The translations under genes and the position numbers were made by a program. A stretch of 63,746 nt of DNA, filler included, from Craspedostauros australis (lineage: Eukaryota), in the NCBI GenBank assembly GCA_030167865.1. It is 9 parts of 9 records of this genome, joined end to end, with 100 filler letters (N's around TTAATTAATTAA, not from the genome) between each part and the next. Parts side by side here need not be neighbours in the genome. Positions count along the whole stretch, not along the records: positions 1 to 12,570 come from JALAGF010003395.1; 8 more parts are not named here. One strand, given 5' to 3'. Within the stretch, counting starts at the first letter, position 1. Every line of letters begins with the position of its first letter. The notes beneath the pieces were generated by a model. That model had not been told where the DNA came from, did no database searches, and saw only the letters and a program-made list of their open reading frames with translations. Positions 1 through 12,670 of this stretch are shown one piece after another.

Positions 1-1478
1 TACTGCCGCCGCTGTCCCTTCACCCAGATGCCCAGCGACGGGTTGTTGCTGTACACCGTGGGCACGTTGGTGTGACCGGTTCTGGCCTTGAAGGCGAGCA
101 GGTCCTGGTACCGGTACTCCCAGGCAACCTCGTGCGAATCCCACACGAAACCCAGGGACTCCAGCTTGCTCTGCCGTTCGTCGGTCAGCGTGGTGTGATT
201 GCCGTCCTGCTTCAGCTTGTACTGGCAACGCTGTCGCTTGATCCAGTGGGACAGGGTGCGGTCCGTGTTGGAATCGACGAGGCAATGACCGTGCGTCTCG
301 CGGTACTGGATGAGCTCGTGGTATCGTGCCTCCCACTGGTCAGCTTGGTACTTGCGGAATTTGATTGGTGATGCTGCGTTGTGGTGGTTGTGGAATGGTG
401 CAAAGGGCGCAGCCTTGGTGGATGTCGGCGAGATTCTCGTGTCGCTGATCACTCTTCGTATCTTGGATGGAGGTGGGGATGTCGCCGATGTCATCGAAGT
501 CGACGATGGTGCAGATGTGGAGCACAGCAAGGAATGATGGGAATTGAACATGTCCATGTCGGCATGGAATCCGATCAGACTCGCGTCGCCGTCACGGCAA
601 TGGTCGTTTCCGCTGTTGCTGATGCTGCTGCTGTTGCTGCTGCTGCTGATGTTGCTGGCATTGCTGTTGACACCCGCCTCCATGTCCACCAAGAAATGAC
701 GGACATCAGTGAATGCGTCAATCGGCTCGTTGTTGCATTCGACGTGGACGCTTCGACCTTGCGGAGGGCTGGTGTTGGTTGACCCGTCGGTTGCAACGGA
801 TGCGGGACTGCGGTGGTACGCGTCTTCTCGGAACAGCGATCGCAGGAAGGTCTCGACTTCATGCATTGGGACTGCCGAACCGCACGAAGCGTCGCACGTG
901 CAGTCGTTGTCCATGGTGGCGCCGATTTCTGCGTTGGCGTTGGAGTTGCGGCATTGGCCGAACGTGTCCTCCAATCGAACCTCGTTGACGATGCGCATTC
1001 CTGTGTACTGGATGGGATCCGGGCCGACATCCTCGTCGTGATCATGATGGGATTTCCTCTTCTGGTTGCGCACCATGCCGTTCATGTTCATGGCGGTGGT
1101 CATGTTCATCGTCATGGTTGCGCTGTCGACTGGAAAGAAGACATCGTTGTCGGATGTGGTGACTATGGTGTTGCTGTGCTTGTATTGTGTGGAAGTTGGT
1201 GTGAACATCATCATGGCGGCGTTGTTGTCGTCGTTGATGTGGATTGCTGTTGGTTGATGTGGGTTGGTGCAGGTCGGGTGGATGGAATTGGCGGTTGCTC
1301 GGTTTTCGACTTTCTGCTTTCGCTTCTGGTTTTCGCTGTGCAGTTCTGATGAGCTTCTTACGTGACTGTGAGCGATAGGGGAGTGCGCTTGCGGGGTGAT
1401 TGTGTGTGATTGTGGGCTGGATTTGGATCCGGATGGATTTGAAATTGTGAGCATGAAGGTGTCAGAGGAATGAGGCAT
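1..1478 (-). CDS. HA (helicase-associated) domain protein C, redundant copy of 19550..21166, 3' end cut by window edge
   Basis: Reverse complement of 19550..21027 (coordinate sum 21028); encodes KFRKYQADQWEARYHEL...LGFVWDSHEVAW...LGIWVKGQRRQY. Confidence 0.85.
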   Translation of the reverse strand, partial: MPHSSDTFMLTISNPSGSKSSPQSHTITPQAHSPIAHSHVRSSSELHSENQKRKQKVENRATANSIHPTCTNPHQPTAIHINDDNNAAMMMFTPTSTQYKHSNTIVTTSDNDVFFPVDSATMTMNMTTAMNMNGMVRNQKRKSHHDHDEDVGPDPIQYTGMRIVNEVRLEDTFGQCRNSNANAEIGATMDNDCTCDASCGSAVPMHEVETFLRSLFREDAYHRSPASVATDGSTNTSPPQGRSVHVECNNEPIDAFTDVRHFLVDMEAGVNSNASNISSSSNSSSISNSGNDHCRDGDASLIGFHADMDMFNSHHSLLCSTSAPSSTSMTSATSPPPSKIRRVISDTRISPTSTKAAPFAPFHNHHNAASPIKFRKYQADQWEARYHELIQYRETHGHCLVDSNTDRTLSHWIKRQRCQYKLKQDGNHTTLTDERQSKLESLGFVWDSHEVAWEYRYQDLLAFKARTGHTNVPTVYSNNPSLGIWVKGQRRQ

Positions 1479-3366
1479 CTGCCCAAAGCAGGTTGTGATC
1501 GGCGTGACCAGACCAACAAAATGTGGAAGCGACCCCAGTCACGTCAATCAATCTGCGTAATTTTGCTCTTGCTTGCACTCGCACGACCGCCCATCACACA
1601 CATCACACACATCACACACATCACACAGCACACCAACGCACAACACGGATCAACGAACAAACCAACACCACAGAACCGACTCCGCAACAACGAACTCGGA
1701 TAAATGAAGCACGGGAACGACACATATGACCCATTGGACTAGTCGAAACGCAACCAAAGAACATACAAATCATCCGATGTGACAACATAGTATTTAACGC
1801 AATGACCCATCTGCTCTTCAGACGTGTTCAACATTTAGCAACCTCAACACGACAGCGAAATTACACACAACAAAGCCATCAACTGCAACCCGAACTCTAC
1901 CCGATCCCCGCCCGGCGAACATCATCTGCCTTCGATATCTCCGTTGAGAGCGTCTTCTGCACGTCTTGATCTGCTCTGAGTATGCTCTTTGTGTTCCACG
2001 CATCGAATTGCATAACGATTGCGAACATCCCCGACACCTCACAACACAATCTGACGTATCAACACAGTCCCACAACCACGCAGTCCCCACCGAACCCAAC
2101 CAGAACCCTACTTTGCGGCGTTGTTGCGTGTCTCGCCAACTCCGATCCCGTAAACCACTTTCTTTCGCCAAGGTCCATTTCCGCCTCGAAAATGACTTTC
2201 CCTCACATTTTTAGATGGGTGGGAAGACGCCCGAACAAGCACCGCAACGCGACGGGATGAGACGCAATGGGATGCAACGCAATGCCATGGATCTTACGAT
2301 GCGGCGCGAAAGCATGGGACGAATCCAACATGCGCACAAGCGACGTGCAGCCAACGATGACGGTCGACACTCTACTCGTACTGGCATCAGCGTGTCAATC
2401 CAACCGACGGCAACAGAGTGGACGCAGACAGCCGTCAGAAATGCAGCATCACAGCATCGCATTTCCTCGATGGTGGTTGTGGCATACGACGACGGGGCAG
2501 AGTAGGAATGGGAGCAAGATCCTGATGGGCGGCAGTTCAACGTCGGCATCGGCGTCGGCATCGATAGCAGCGGAATGGAATACGCAAAGAGTTACCGATG
2601 ATAGTGACACTACCGCCGATAATTTCCACCATTGATGGACCTGTGAGAACGAGTGGGTTGGTTGCGTATCGCGCCCAACTTTCGCAAGGTGCGAAGCGGC
2701 CATCCTCTACTATTCACTGACGGTGGCATAGACATACCATCGAGATCATGAGCAGAAGAATAAATCTCGACAACCGCAGCGCCCACATCCGAAGTGCAAC
2801 GCAAAAAACACCGCAGATTCGCCAGCCGTTCTGAATCTGTGCAGTGACGTGCAATGTGGTACTTGACGGTGCGATGCGATGCAATGTGATGCGATGCAAT
2901 GTGATGCGATGCGATTCGACCTGGTGCATAGTCACGCCCCGTTCCACGCGCAATGCGATATAGCGCCACACTACATCGCCGTTGTTGAGTGTGCGATACT
3001 GTGTGACCTCCCTTGATCCTATCCCATCGCCATCGTCACCATCGTATTCACGCCACCGCAATGGGTTACAGACGGGTCGCGTGGCGCGTGTATTACCTGG
3101 ACCTGTTCATCTCTCCGCCTCACCAGCATTCATGGACTACCCTAACCAGTCTCACAATCCCTGCGCAAGTATCGACGCATCCACTCTACGTACTCCGCTC
3201 AACTCCACTCAACTCAACTCTAGCACACGAATACTCTATTCCATGAATTTATGCAGTGCTATGTCGGTACTTCGTTATGTATAATATGTATTCGTGTTGC
3301 TGTGGTCATGTACATACATGCATGTATGCATGCGCTGGCCAGTTGATCAGCTCGTCGACTCCGTGC

Positions 3367-4983
3367 CTACCTTGCCTGCCCGACAGTCCCATACAAACCC
3401 ACCAGATCGCCGACAACAGCCGACCCAAATGTCTCCTTGATGGCTCCCATCGGCGTAGGACGCACCATCCACGGAAAGCCAACCGCATTCAGTCGATCCA
3501 TGCGTTTGGTGGTCATCGTGGACTTCTGCCCGTTGCAATGCAGCCGGTACTGACGGCGTTGACTCTTTGCCCAGATTCCCAACGAAGGATTGTCGCTGTA
3601 CATCGTGGGAACATTCGTGTGGCCGTGCTTTGCCTTGTACAGCATGAGATCGCTGAACCGCCTCTCCCAGGCCTCATCGTGAGAGTCCCACACAAAGCCG
3701 AGCTGCCGCAGCTTTCCTTGTCGTTCATCAGTGAGAGTGGAGTGACGCCCCTCCTGCTTCTGCTTGTACTGGCATCGTTGGCGCTTGACCCAGTGAAAGA
3801 GAGTCTTGTCGTCCTTCGCTTCGACGAGGCAGTGATTGTGCTGCCTGTGGAAGCGAACGAGCTGTTGGTACTTGACGCTCCATTGGCTGGACTGATAGTG
3901 CCGGAACTTGACGAGGTTCTTGCCGTTGCTATTGTTGCTGCCGTTGATACCGCTGCTGCCATTGCCCGGAGCGTGTTTGGTTGTTCGAGGTGTCTTGGAA
4001 ACGTTCTTGGCGGCCCTCGTTTTGGTCTTCGGCCTTGTGGCTGTCCTTGCTCTTATCTTCGCCTGCGATCTGTGCGTCATTGTTGTGGCTACCGCCGCTG
4101 GTGCTGTGATCGACGATCCTATTCGCGGTGAAGTCCAAATGCATTGAGCAGCAGCAGTCGTTGCAGCATGTGGTTCCATGTTTGGTTGACGGCACATCTC
4201 AAGCACTGCGGTGGACGTGTGTTGATGTGGCGTCATGTGCTTCGTCACGGATTGGTTGGTGTCATAAATGCTGCCGATATCGAAGTCGACATCGAAGTCG
4301 ATGATACCGATGGAGTCAGCGTCGTTGGTATCGCCGCGATTGCTGCCACATGTATGAGGGAGCAATGCATCATCGAATCCTCCATCGAAGTCTCCATTGA
4401 GTTCGTCCTCGAAGTCTCCGAAGTCGTCCAAGAGTTCTCTCACGCCAGCGAAATCGCACGCCTCATTCATGCCGACCGCTTCGTTGATAGGCTCTCTCTC
4501 CATGATGGCGCATAGGCCATCAACCTCGCTCTCGTGTTGGCCACCGTTTCTGCTTGCGATTTCCGTCGTCTCCAAATCCGCATCGATTGTTGATGCTGAA
4601 ATGGAGCACTCGAAATGCCTCTCCCAATCGCACTCATGCTGTGGTGGCTCATCGGTGTGATGCTGGGAGCAATCAAATGGGCGGAGGACCTGGTGGATAT
4701 CTTGGATATGATGGCGGTCATGATTCGCGAAAGTGTCCATGAGCCCCACGGAGTGGACCACTCGGGTGGAATTGCAGCCGATGGGCGCTGGTTCCAATGG
4801 GTTGCTGCCGACTGCACTGCTGTTGGTTGGGCCGGTGTTGGTGTCGACGTCGGCGTCGATATCGATACCAGATCGAGAACCACGGCCGAGAGCGAGGTCC
4901 ATAGTGATGTTTGGATATGTTGCGATACCGATGTTGATATCCACCACGCCGTCGCCCACTGCACCGATCATCATGCCATCCAT
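3367..4983 (-). CDS. HA-domain protein B (538 aa), redundant copy of 16045..17661
   Basis: Translation identical to the 16045..17661 ORF; two tandem HA repeats (W..KYQQL..F...H.HC.V...L.HWVKRQR...L..LGFVW; W..RF..L..YK..HGHTNVP...LG.W...QRRQY). Confidence 0.85.
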   Translation of the reverse strand: MDGMMIGAVGDGVVDINIGIATYPNITMDLALGRGSRSGIDIDADVDTNTGPTNSSAVGSNPLEPAPIGCNSTRVVHSVGLMDTFANHDRHHIQDIHQVLRPFDCSQHHTDEPPQHECDWERHFECSISASTIDADLETTEIASRNGGQHESEVDGLCAIMEREPINEAVGMNEACDFAGVRELLDDFGDFEDELNGDFDGGFDDALLPHTCGSNRGDTNDADSIGIIDFDVDFDIGSIYDTNQSVTKHMTPHQHTSTAVLEMCRQPNMEPHAATTAAAQCIWTSPRIGSSITAPAAVATTMTHRSQAKIRARTATRPKTKTRAAKNVSKTPRTTKHAPGNGSSGINGSNNSNGKNLVKFRHYQSSQWSVKYQQLVRFHRQHNHCLVEAKDDKTLFHWVKRQRCQYKQKQEGRHSTLTDERQGKLRQLGFVWDSHDEAWERRFSDLMLYKAKHGHTNVPTMYSDNPSLGIWAKSQRRQYRLHCNGQKSTMTTKRMDRLNAVGFPWMVRPTPMGAIKETFGSAVVGDLVGLYGTVGQAR

Positions 4984-6984
4984 GCTGGAGTTCGTTCACT
5001 TGTTCTGCTTGATGGTGTTGACAGCAATGCTGTATTTGGTCATGTCTTCACGGTCACGAGACAGGAAGATCAGGATACTGGTGCAATCGTGGTGTTGCCG
5101 ATTGTGAGTACGTGATTAGTTGTGCGTGGTGGTCCGATGTGGCGATCTGTTTTGGTGTGATGTGATGATGTGATGCTGTGATGTGTCTGTAAATTGTGAG
5201 AATCCTGTGGTGAGGGTCTTTTTGTGAGATCTCTTGTTGTGTTGTCCTGTGGTGGTTCTGTGATGGTTCTGTGATGGTTCTGTGATCGGTGAAACAGGGA
5301 GAAAGGCGGCAGTGGCCTTTGTGCCACACAAAAACTCCGTTGTGCTTCGTGCTCGTATCGTGTGTGTGTATTTTTTCGCGGTACGAGAATGTACGTGGTT
5401 GTGGTTGCGTGTGTGAAGGATGATGCTACCATTCGCCACGTCACATGAGGGTTCTGTTTATGCCACGTTGCCCCGATGCCGTGTTGGGTATTAAGTGTTG
5501 GGGGTCATGTGACGCATCGTCATAAGTGTAATACCAGCGAAAGGTAGAAATCAAATACAATGCGAAACAAAACGACCAACTGCAATCCACTGCAATACAA
5601 GTGCTGCACCTGCGCATGAGGAGAACATCGAAGAGTTGTAGTACGGACACAACGCCGTTCGTCATCGGAGTGACACGAACAACTATTCGACCGATAGATT
5701 CCAGACAACACAACCCGGGTTCATCGCTTTGCAGATACTGTGCGGCCTCACTGCTGTTGCTAGCGTTGTTGTCGACACGCTGTTGTGGGACGTGGAAAGC
5801 ATCAAGCCAATGATCCAACCCGAACTGCAAGAGGTGAACAGAAACAATGTGTCTGCGCGCATCTCCGCTGTTTCGGGTCTCGTCTCTTCATCGTTCTCTT
5901 CGTCCTTCTCTTCGTCCTCCTTCTCTTTCTCCACCAAAGAGATCTCTCCGATGCGCTTGGGTCTGGACACAAGTCTGAGGTTGGGTCTGGAGCTGAAGCT
6001 GCAGGTCCCCTTTCTGATGTCTGTAGAATGATGACGATGCTCACGTCTGCGGACACGGCGGTCGTCGATGATGTTCTCACATCAGCCACCCCAAGAGGCA
6101 GGTGTCTTCTCAGATGAGTGCAGATGCTGTGGATTGGTCGACGTTCTTCTCTCGGAAGTTGCAATGTGCTGCAAATCGCACTCTTACCAACTCGAATGAC
6201 CGCCACAGCAATGACAAGAACGACAGCAACGATGGTAAAGACAGCAACAGGTACTCTCACGAAGATGATACTCTGCTCAACTCCAAGTCTTCGACAAGCA
6301 AACGTGCAGCACTCGTCTACACCACTTCACTCGACTCGACTCGAGGTCAGGTTTCCTCCACTCTCGTTGAACTCCATAGTATCCCATGTTCTCTGGTCTA
6401 CAGTTATCCTTGTTGCTCCAGTGGACTCCATTGCACATACGAGTGTTCGTATACCCGCAGTCCTCGTCGCTTGCAGGTCACTCTTACTTGCGCTCTCTGT
6501 CACACATGGAGAACAGTTCGTCGTTTGTGATTAGCTTAGATTACGGTCGCTACCACTGAGTATGCGGGTATGGCACGTGGTGATGGGGACAGTGTTGTTG
6601 GTCCCCAAACTGCATCACAACTTGTCCCCAAACTCAGAAATCCGCGATCGGACATTCTCTCCTATTTGTGGTCTTGTGCGGGGCAACTTCGCATCAGTTT
6701 GCTCGCAGACACGTACGGTACAAGTATGTGCGAGTGCGTACCAGTACTTGCACAGACATGAAGCTGCAAGCCACAACACCACACAGACATGTACGAACGT
6801 GGGAGCACAAGGACGGATGCGAACAGGAACGAACGAGAAGGGAACAACAGAAACTTGAAACGTGGCCGAACTCGGTGGTTCTCATCGACAAACATGACGC
6901 AGACAGAAGACCTTCTCCGGCGAAGTGAACCTTCTGTCCCTTTTGCAGATCCTGTGGACTGTTTTCCGCCTGCTAAACAGATGG

Positions 6985-7016
<32 letters not shown>

Positions 7017-7783
7017 CAACAGAACGAACAAAGAGGACAAAGCGACAAGCGAATGGCGAATCCATGTCCCAAAAGCGAGTTTGGCTTTCCTCCTTCCACC
7101 TCCATTCTTCTCCGCAAAACGGTACGACCACGAGTGCTCGTGTGAGCTGGCACGGAGTTGTGGTCGCTGCGCTGTGGCCTCAACCCAGCGCAAACCCATC
7201 TGAGCTCTGCTGCAAGTCTGCCGTAGGATCACCCAGGGATCCGCCGCAGATTGAGGCAGAGCCAAGCGACGAGAGAACGGGCGGACCAGCTCCGATCGAA
7301 ATGAAGGGACGCGGAGCGAGGGTGTGGCAGCGCGGAGATCGAGACGAGATGGAAGGAGAGAAGAGAGAGAGAGAGAGAGGAGCTGAAGAGAAATTAGGGT
7401 ACCTACAGCATGGCGGCGTAGCTGATTCACGGCACCTCGACGTAACGATGGTGATAGCAGCACAAGTACCGGACAGGCCACGCTCTGTGACCGTCCACAG
7501 GTGGCATACGTACACCATACAGATGAGCTTGTGTGTATGAGTGTCTACACTCGCGTTTGATTGTGTGGACAAGTGAGAGGATATAATCAAAATTGATGTT
7601 CTATATAGAGTGTCGAGTAGAGTATCTGGATGTGTCTGCATACGTCTGAATCCATTTGTGTACTCGGACATGGTCACCGTTCTGCTGTGTTGTGTCGGTG
7701 TAGGTGCCGGTGCCATCGTCTCCCGCCACAGCCGCCGTCAGCGCAAGCGCCAGCGACATGGGAATGCCACTTCAGCGGTTGCT

Positions 7784-9379
7784 TTACGACGATCCCGACG
7801 ACTTGGAAGATCCAGACGAGCCAGATGATGAACGAGTCATGCGAGATGCGCGGATGGCCCAGACGAAGCCCATCGCATTCAGGCGCTCGACGCGCACGGC
7901 GGTCAGTGTCGACTTCTTGCCAATTGAATGCAACCGATATTGCCGGCGCTGTCCCTTCACCCAGATACCGAGCGGTGGGTTTGGCGCATACTGAGTGGGG
8001 ACATTCGTGTGCCCTGTCGCCTTCTGAAAGTCGATGAGCTCTCGGAAATGGAACTCCCAAGCGGCCTCATGAGTGTCCCACACGAAGCCGAGCGCCTGCA
8101 ACTTGCTCTGCCTGCCATCCGTGAGTGTGGAATGGTTGCCATCCATCTTCTGCTTGTACTGGAAGCGCTGTCGCTTGATCCAGTGCGAGAGCGTTTTGCT
8201 GTCGTTTGGATCGACGAGGCAGTGCCCGTGCTGCTTTTGGTACTGGACGAGCTCATGGTACCGCTGTTCCCATTGGTTGGCCTGGTATTTTCGGAACTTG
8301 ATGGGCGTGGATGCGGATGTGGATGCGGAAGTAGCTTCGGTTGCGGTTGCGGTTGCGGTTGCGGTTGCGGTTGCGAGTGCCTGAGTGTTGCCTCCTGAGC
8401 TGCGCGATGCCATGGCTGGATAGTCCTCCCACACGATGTCTGTGTCGATGATGGCATCGATGTTTGTACTTGTGCTTGTACTTGTACTGGTGTCGGTATT
8501 GGTGTTGGCGGTATGGCATGCTTGGCGTTGGATGCGGTTGCCATTGTCGTTGCCGTTGTCGTCGCAGCCACCCATATCAATCTCGACCTCATTGCTTTGC
8601 ATCTGCCTTTGCCTTCGCGTTTGAGCTTGAGACTGATGATCGGCTTGCCGATCATCCTGCCATTCGAAATCGGCAAAGACAGACTTGAACGATGTCATCA
8701 TCGATGGGTGGCTCAGCTTCCTTTGCTTGGTGGGTGGCGCGTCAGCCATCATTCCATTGCTTGTGGCATCAAACGCAGTGCTGTTGTTGCCGAGGAATCG
8801 ATCAGCTGTCGATTGTGAGCTTGACGTGACATCAATATCATGGTTGACATGGCTGCGGCTGTGATTGGTATTGATATCGCGCATGCCGTTGATGCCGTTG
8901 ATACTGTCGGTGCGCTGCTTCGCCATCTCCTGATGTTGCTGCTTCTTCGTTTGTTGCTGATCGATGCTGAAGATGTGATAAAGGAAGGTATTGACCTCAT
9001 CGATATGGTGCCTGTTGGCAGCGCTGAAGGTGTACTGCGGAACAACCGAATCCACCACCTGAACGTAGTTCGATCCGATTGGCCGTGGCTCGAGCGATGT
9101 CGTCGACGCGGTGCCATCACTGCTGTCCGTGTTGTCTTTGTTGGTGGTGGTATTGCTACGAGTGTCGCGGTGGGTGTGGCTTGGTGCGCTTGACTGCATC
9201 GCGCTGAATGTGCGCTTGTTTTCTTTGTTTGCGTTGTTTTCTTTGTTTTTGCTGCTGTTGTTGGTCATTTTGTGAGCAGTGCCGTTTTTGGAGAAATCGA
9301 TGTTGCTGTTGGTCTCACTGTTGATGGCAGCGTTCATCATGTCAAGGTCAGGGTTGCAGAGCTGGTAGATGGACATCAT
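7784..9379 (-). CDS. HA-domain protein A (~531 aa from MMSIYQL; ORF stays open upstream to 9709)
   Basis: Low-complexity N-terminus, then two C-terminal HA repeats (QWEQRYHELVQYQKQHGHCLV...HWIKRQR...LGFVWD; AWEFHFRELIDFQKATGHTNVP...LGIWVKGQRRQY...MGFVW). Start codon is inferred; the region upstream is CAA/CAC-rich and UTR-like. Confidence 0.85.
   Translation of the reverse strand: MMSIYQLCNPDLDMMNAAINSETNSNIDFSKNGTAHKMTNNSSKNKENNANKENKRTFSAMQSSAPSHTHRDTRSNTTTNKDNTDSSDGTASTTSLEPRPIGSNYVQVVDSVVPQYTFSAANRHHIDEVNTFLYHIFSIDQQQTKKQQHQEMAKQRTDSINGINGMRDINTNHSRSHVNHDIDVTSSSQSTADRFLGNNSTAFDATSNGMMADAPPTKQRKLSHPSMMTSFKSVFADFEWQDDRQADHQSQAQTRRQRQMQSNEVEIDMGGCDDNGNDNGNRIQRQACHTANTNTDTSTSTSTSTNIDAIIDTDIVWEDYPAMASRSSGGNTQALATATATATATATEATSASTSASTPIKFRKYQANQWEQRYHELVQYQKQHGHCLVDPNDSKTLSHWIKRQRFQYKQKMDGNHSTLTDGRQSKLQALGFVWDTHEAAWEFHFRELIDFQKATGHTNVPTQYAPNPPLGIWVKGQRRQYRLHSIGKKSTLTAVRVERLNAMGFVWAIRASRMTRSSSGSSGSSKSSGSS
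8338..8375 (+). repeat. (CGGTTG)6 coding microsatellite (Ala-Thr repeat in HA gene A)
   Basis: Read directly; contig 2 begins inside this repeat (12671 corresponds to 8357). Confidence 0.95.
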
Positions 9380-12078
9380 CGTTGTGTGTTGATGTGTTGT
9401 TGCGTTGTGGTTGTTGTGTTGTGGTTGTTGTGTTGTGGTTGCTGTGTTGTGGTTGCTGTGTTTGGAAGGTGATTGATTGATTGGTTGGTCGGTGGATGAA
9501 TTTATGAGACTGAGAGAGGATGATGTCGTTTGCCGGATTTCTTGTTGTTGTTGTTGTTGCTGTTGTTGTGTGATTTGTTGCCAGTCGCGGTTCCCGTTTT
9601 GAAAGACGTGTGTGCGTTGTTGAGGTGGAAATGGGTTCGGAGAGGCACAGGAACAGTTCCAGGCCATTCGCAAGACGCTGCTGTTTACAGAAAGTGGCCT
9701 CTGCGACATGGAAGTAATATCACAGCTCCGGAAAGTAGTCCAATACTTAGCTGAGCGGAATTGAAAGTGGTCGACGGTGACACGATATTTAACGTTGGAT
9801 GATCTGGGACGTGCACATGATGTGGCTGTCTTTGTCTTGTTGTGATCAACATGCTATATGTCTGTTCGCGCGTTTGTGTGTGTCTGGGATGATCGCTTCG
9901 CCGTTGTGCTTTTCTTTGTGACCTGTGAGCTGGTTAGTTGTTGTTGTGATTTATCACACTCTTGGTGAAGCAGGTGGAGTGGGCCAATACCGTATTCGAA
10001 TTCTCGTTGTTGGAATTTCGCTGTTGGTCTTGTTGTGTGTTGTGTGCAGGGTCGATGGCGGAATGGAGAAGACGGTATACTACCACTCACAGAGCATCGG
10101 CACCTCTGTGGACACCATCCAAGCTACTGCGAGTACGAATGCAAGTAGTCCACGTTTGTCATGGTCGCGATGAAAGAATGTCTGAAGGGGAAGGGATGGG
10201 GACTGTGAGCTGTCGTCATCCGTACGAGTAGATGGAAGACAAGCACAAACAGGCTGCGGTCTCATGCAGAGGGCAACAGATCGCTGTTCTTTCGGAAATG
10301 ATCTCGACGAAGATCGCCGACCGAGCCGAACGAAGTGAATACATACGCTACTCTTGTATTGAAGAATGAAGACTAGAAAGCATGATACTCGCAGGCACAT
10401 CGAGACCAGACCATGCCGGATCAGGCAAGCATGACCACAAGCACGAGCACAAACATGAGCCTTCTATCCTCCACTTGCCGTTGCCTCAAGAAACTGGCTG
10501 TCGGCCTGTAGCAGAATGATAGTATATGATACAGCGATGGTGCTGACCGTCCTCTGTATGTCTTCGCGGTGGCTTTGTGATGTATAATACATACTCTGGA
10601 GCAATACCATGTGCTGATGTACATGTTTTCCCGCCCCTTCGATCTACTCCTATCTTTGGCGCCGATATGTTGTGTGTTTTCCACCATGCATGTTCAAGCA
10701 GGAGTGAGAAGGGGAACTGGTCTATACCAAAGAGCGTACACAGAGGGTGATGAACTGGTTGTTCTCCACGAGTATTCATCACCTTCTCTGTCCACTACCA
10801 CAGCTACGAGCAGAATTGAGGAAGGTGTCCCAGCAGAGGCCGAGGCCGTCATACCAATCGGCAGTACGCCCGCAGACAGAGAGAGAGAGAGAGGTACCAT
10901 ACAAACACGGGGTTGTCTATGACGACGGATCCATCCTCGCTGTTCTGCGCGTCGCCTCACCAGAGTGCGGGCAGGCATAGCTCGCAGTTGCAAAACTGTC
11001 GGCAAACGACGGCAAGTGCCAGGTATGTCCCTCTCCTCTCCAGCCATGGTGGCCGTGGTGGTCTCGATGTTGCAGTTCGTCCCGTGTAGTTCAGCTCGGT
11101 AGCACAATGAATGGGACGGGCACGGAGCCAAGCCATCGCCAGCGTCACAGGCATTGCTGCTGTCTTCGTTGTTGCAGTTGCGGTTGAAGTGCGATGGCAT
11201 TTGTCGGTATTGCTGTCATTCATCTTCACTAGTTGCGGATGCGTGGAGAGTATTCATGTACTCTATGCATGTATGCATGAATCCGGATGTGCGAGTACCA
11301 CATTCGCACCATCCTTACGTGTACAGATGCATGGAAGCGTCGCCATCTGCCCAGCATCGTCGTCCAGCTCGAGAGTGTCCGAAGTCACCAGAATGGAGGC
11401 TCCTTCCGCCCCTCACAAATCCGCATGACTTCTCTTCCTGTCACGTCTTCAGACGTGGCCATTGCCAACCACAACCACAAGCACAAGCACAATCACGTCA
11501 CAAATGGAGACAGGTGCGAGCAACAGCCACAATTGGCCGATGCATCTCATCAAAATGTGGCGAATGATGTGGCGGATGATGGGGTGGATGGGATGGATGA
11601 GGTTGACAAGATTGATGCAGTCCCGAGTTTGTGCGTCCTTCTTCACTCAAGAACGAATGACCGCAACCCTTCCATCACGAAATGCGAAGAGGAGCTCTTT
11701 TGTGCCTAAATCGAACAGAAGGAGAACAGTGGTCCGTTCTCGTTCGTTTGTGTGTTCTTGAAGCAGTATTGATTGATGACGTCATGCAAATGTGTGAATC
11801 AAATGTCTGTATTGATGGATGAATGTAGGTTGAAAGAACAGATACTCATACATACAAACATACATAAACAGACAGACAGAAACACGGGATTGAAGCGACA
11901 CACAAACAGTCAAACCCGGATCAACTGTTAGACTCATGCGATCTCACACATTCATGATTTGGCGGACTCATCGAGGTGTTCACAACTGTGCCACGATGCT
12001 GATTCACAGCATCATCTGGGAGGGCGCCATTGCCATAGTTCCACGCTGCAGACACGCCTTGATGAAGCATCGAGCAAA

Positions 12079-12160
12079 TTCACTAACCAGGTCGTTTTTG
12101 AGGCCAAAGTTCACTAACCAGGTCGTTTTTGAGGCCAAAGTTCACTAACCAGGTCGTTTT
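12079..12160 (+). repeat. 31-bp tandem minisatellite, ~2.6 copies (TTCACTAACCAGGTCGTTTTTGAGGCCAAAG)
   Basis: Units start at 12079, 12110 and 12141; no spacers between them. Confidence 0.95.
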
Positions 12161-12570
12161 GGTGCCTGACCAATCACAATGGCCGGACTGTTGACAGGCG
12201 CGTCCTTGCGACAGACTCGAAAATAATAATTTAGCCACGAAGTCGACACATCAACCATTTCCCTGTTGGACAGCGTAGAGTACTCTAGTTCATGATGCTG
12301 TTGATGAATCCTGTTGAGCAGAGGGTCGGACCTGCTACATTGCATACTGACATCAGCCATTGGCATGTCCCTACCTTGAACATTCTACATCCAACTGGAA
12401 GGAGATTCAGATCACATGTAGTCAGTTCCTGTGATACCATTCGGTCGCAGTGTGTATTGTGTTGGTTCTATGTGCATGCAAAAGGTCAAGCATACTTGAT
12501 TCTACCAACCGCATCACTCCAAGCACACTCCAAAGGGTACGGCCACGAAGTTTGAGGTCTCTAATCCGTC

Positions 12571-12670
12571 NNNNNNNNNNNNNNNNNNNNNNNNNNNNNN
12601 NNNNNNNNNNNNNNTTAATTAATTAANNNNNNNNNNNNNNNNNNNNNNNNNNNNNNNNNNNNNNNNNNNN
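12571..12670. other. Artificial contig-joining linker N44-TTAATTAATTAA-N44
   Basis: Same 100-nt linker at 12571, 28783, 35128, 44360, 54575, 57734, 60491 and 62481; its core puts stop codons in all six frames. A separate 17-N gap lies at 43953..43969. Confidence 0.98.

Noticed and set aside
5000..7780. Many 60-200 aa ORFs between HA genes (and the mirrored 13250-16000; also 9800-11900)
   Set aside because: No recognisable motifs; driven by microsatellites and low-complexity sequence; overlapping in all frames.
12079..12160. CRISPR array
   Set aside because: Units are contiguous with no spacers, there are no cas genes, and the context is eukaryotic.
12615..12626. Recurrent TTAATTAATTAA palindrome as a biological repeat or CRISPR-like element
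   Set aside because: Always centred in exactly 44+44 Ns; it is an artificial six-frame-stop linker. Gene neighbourhoods across linkers therefore carry no meaning.
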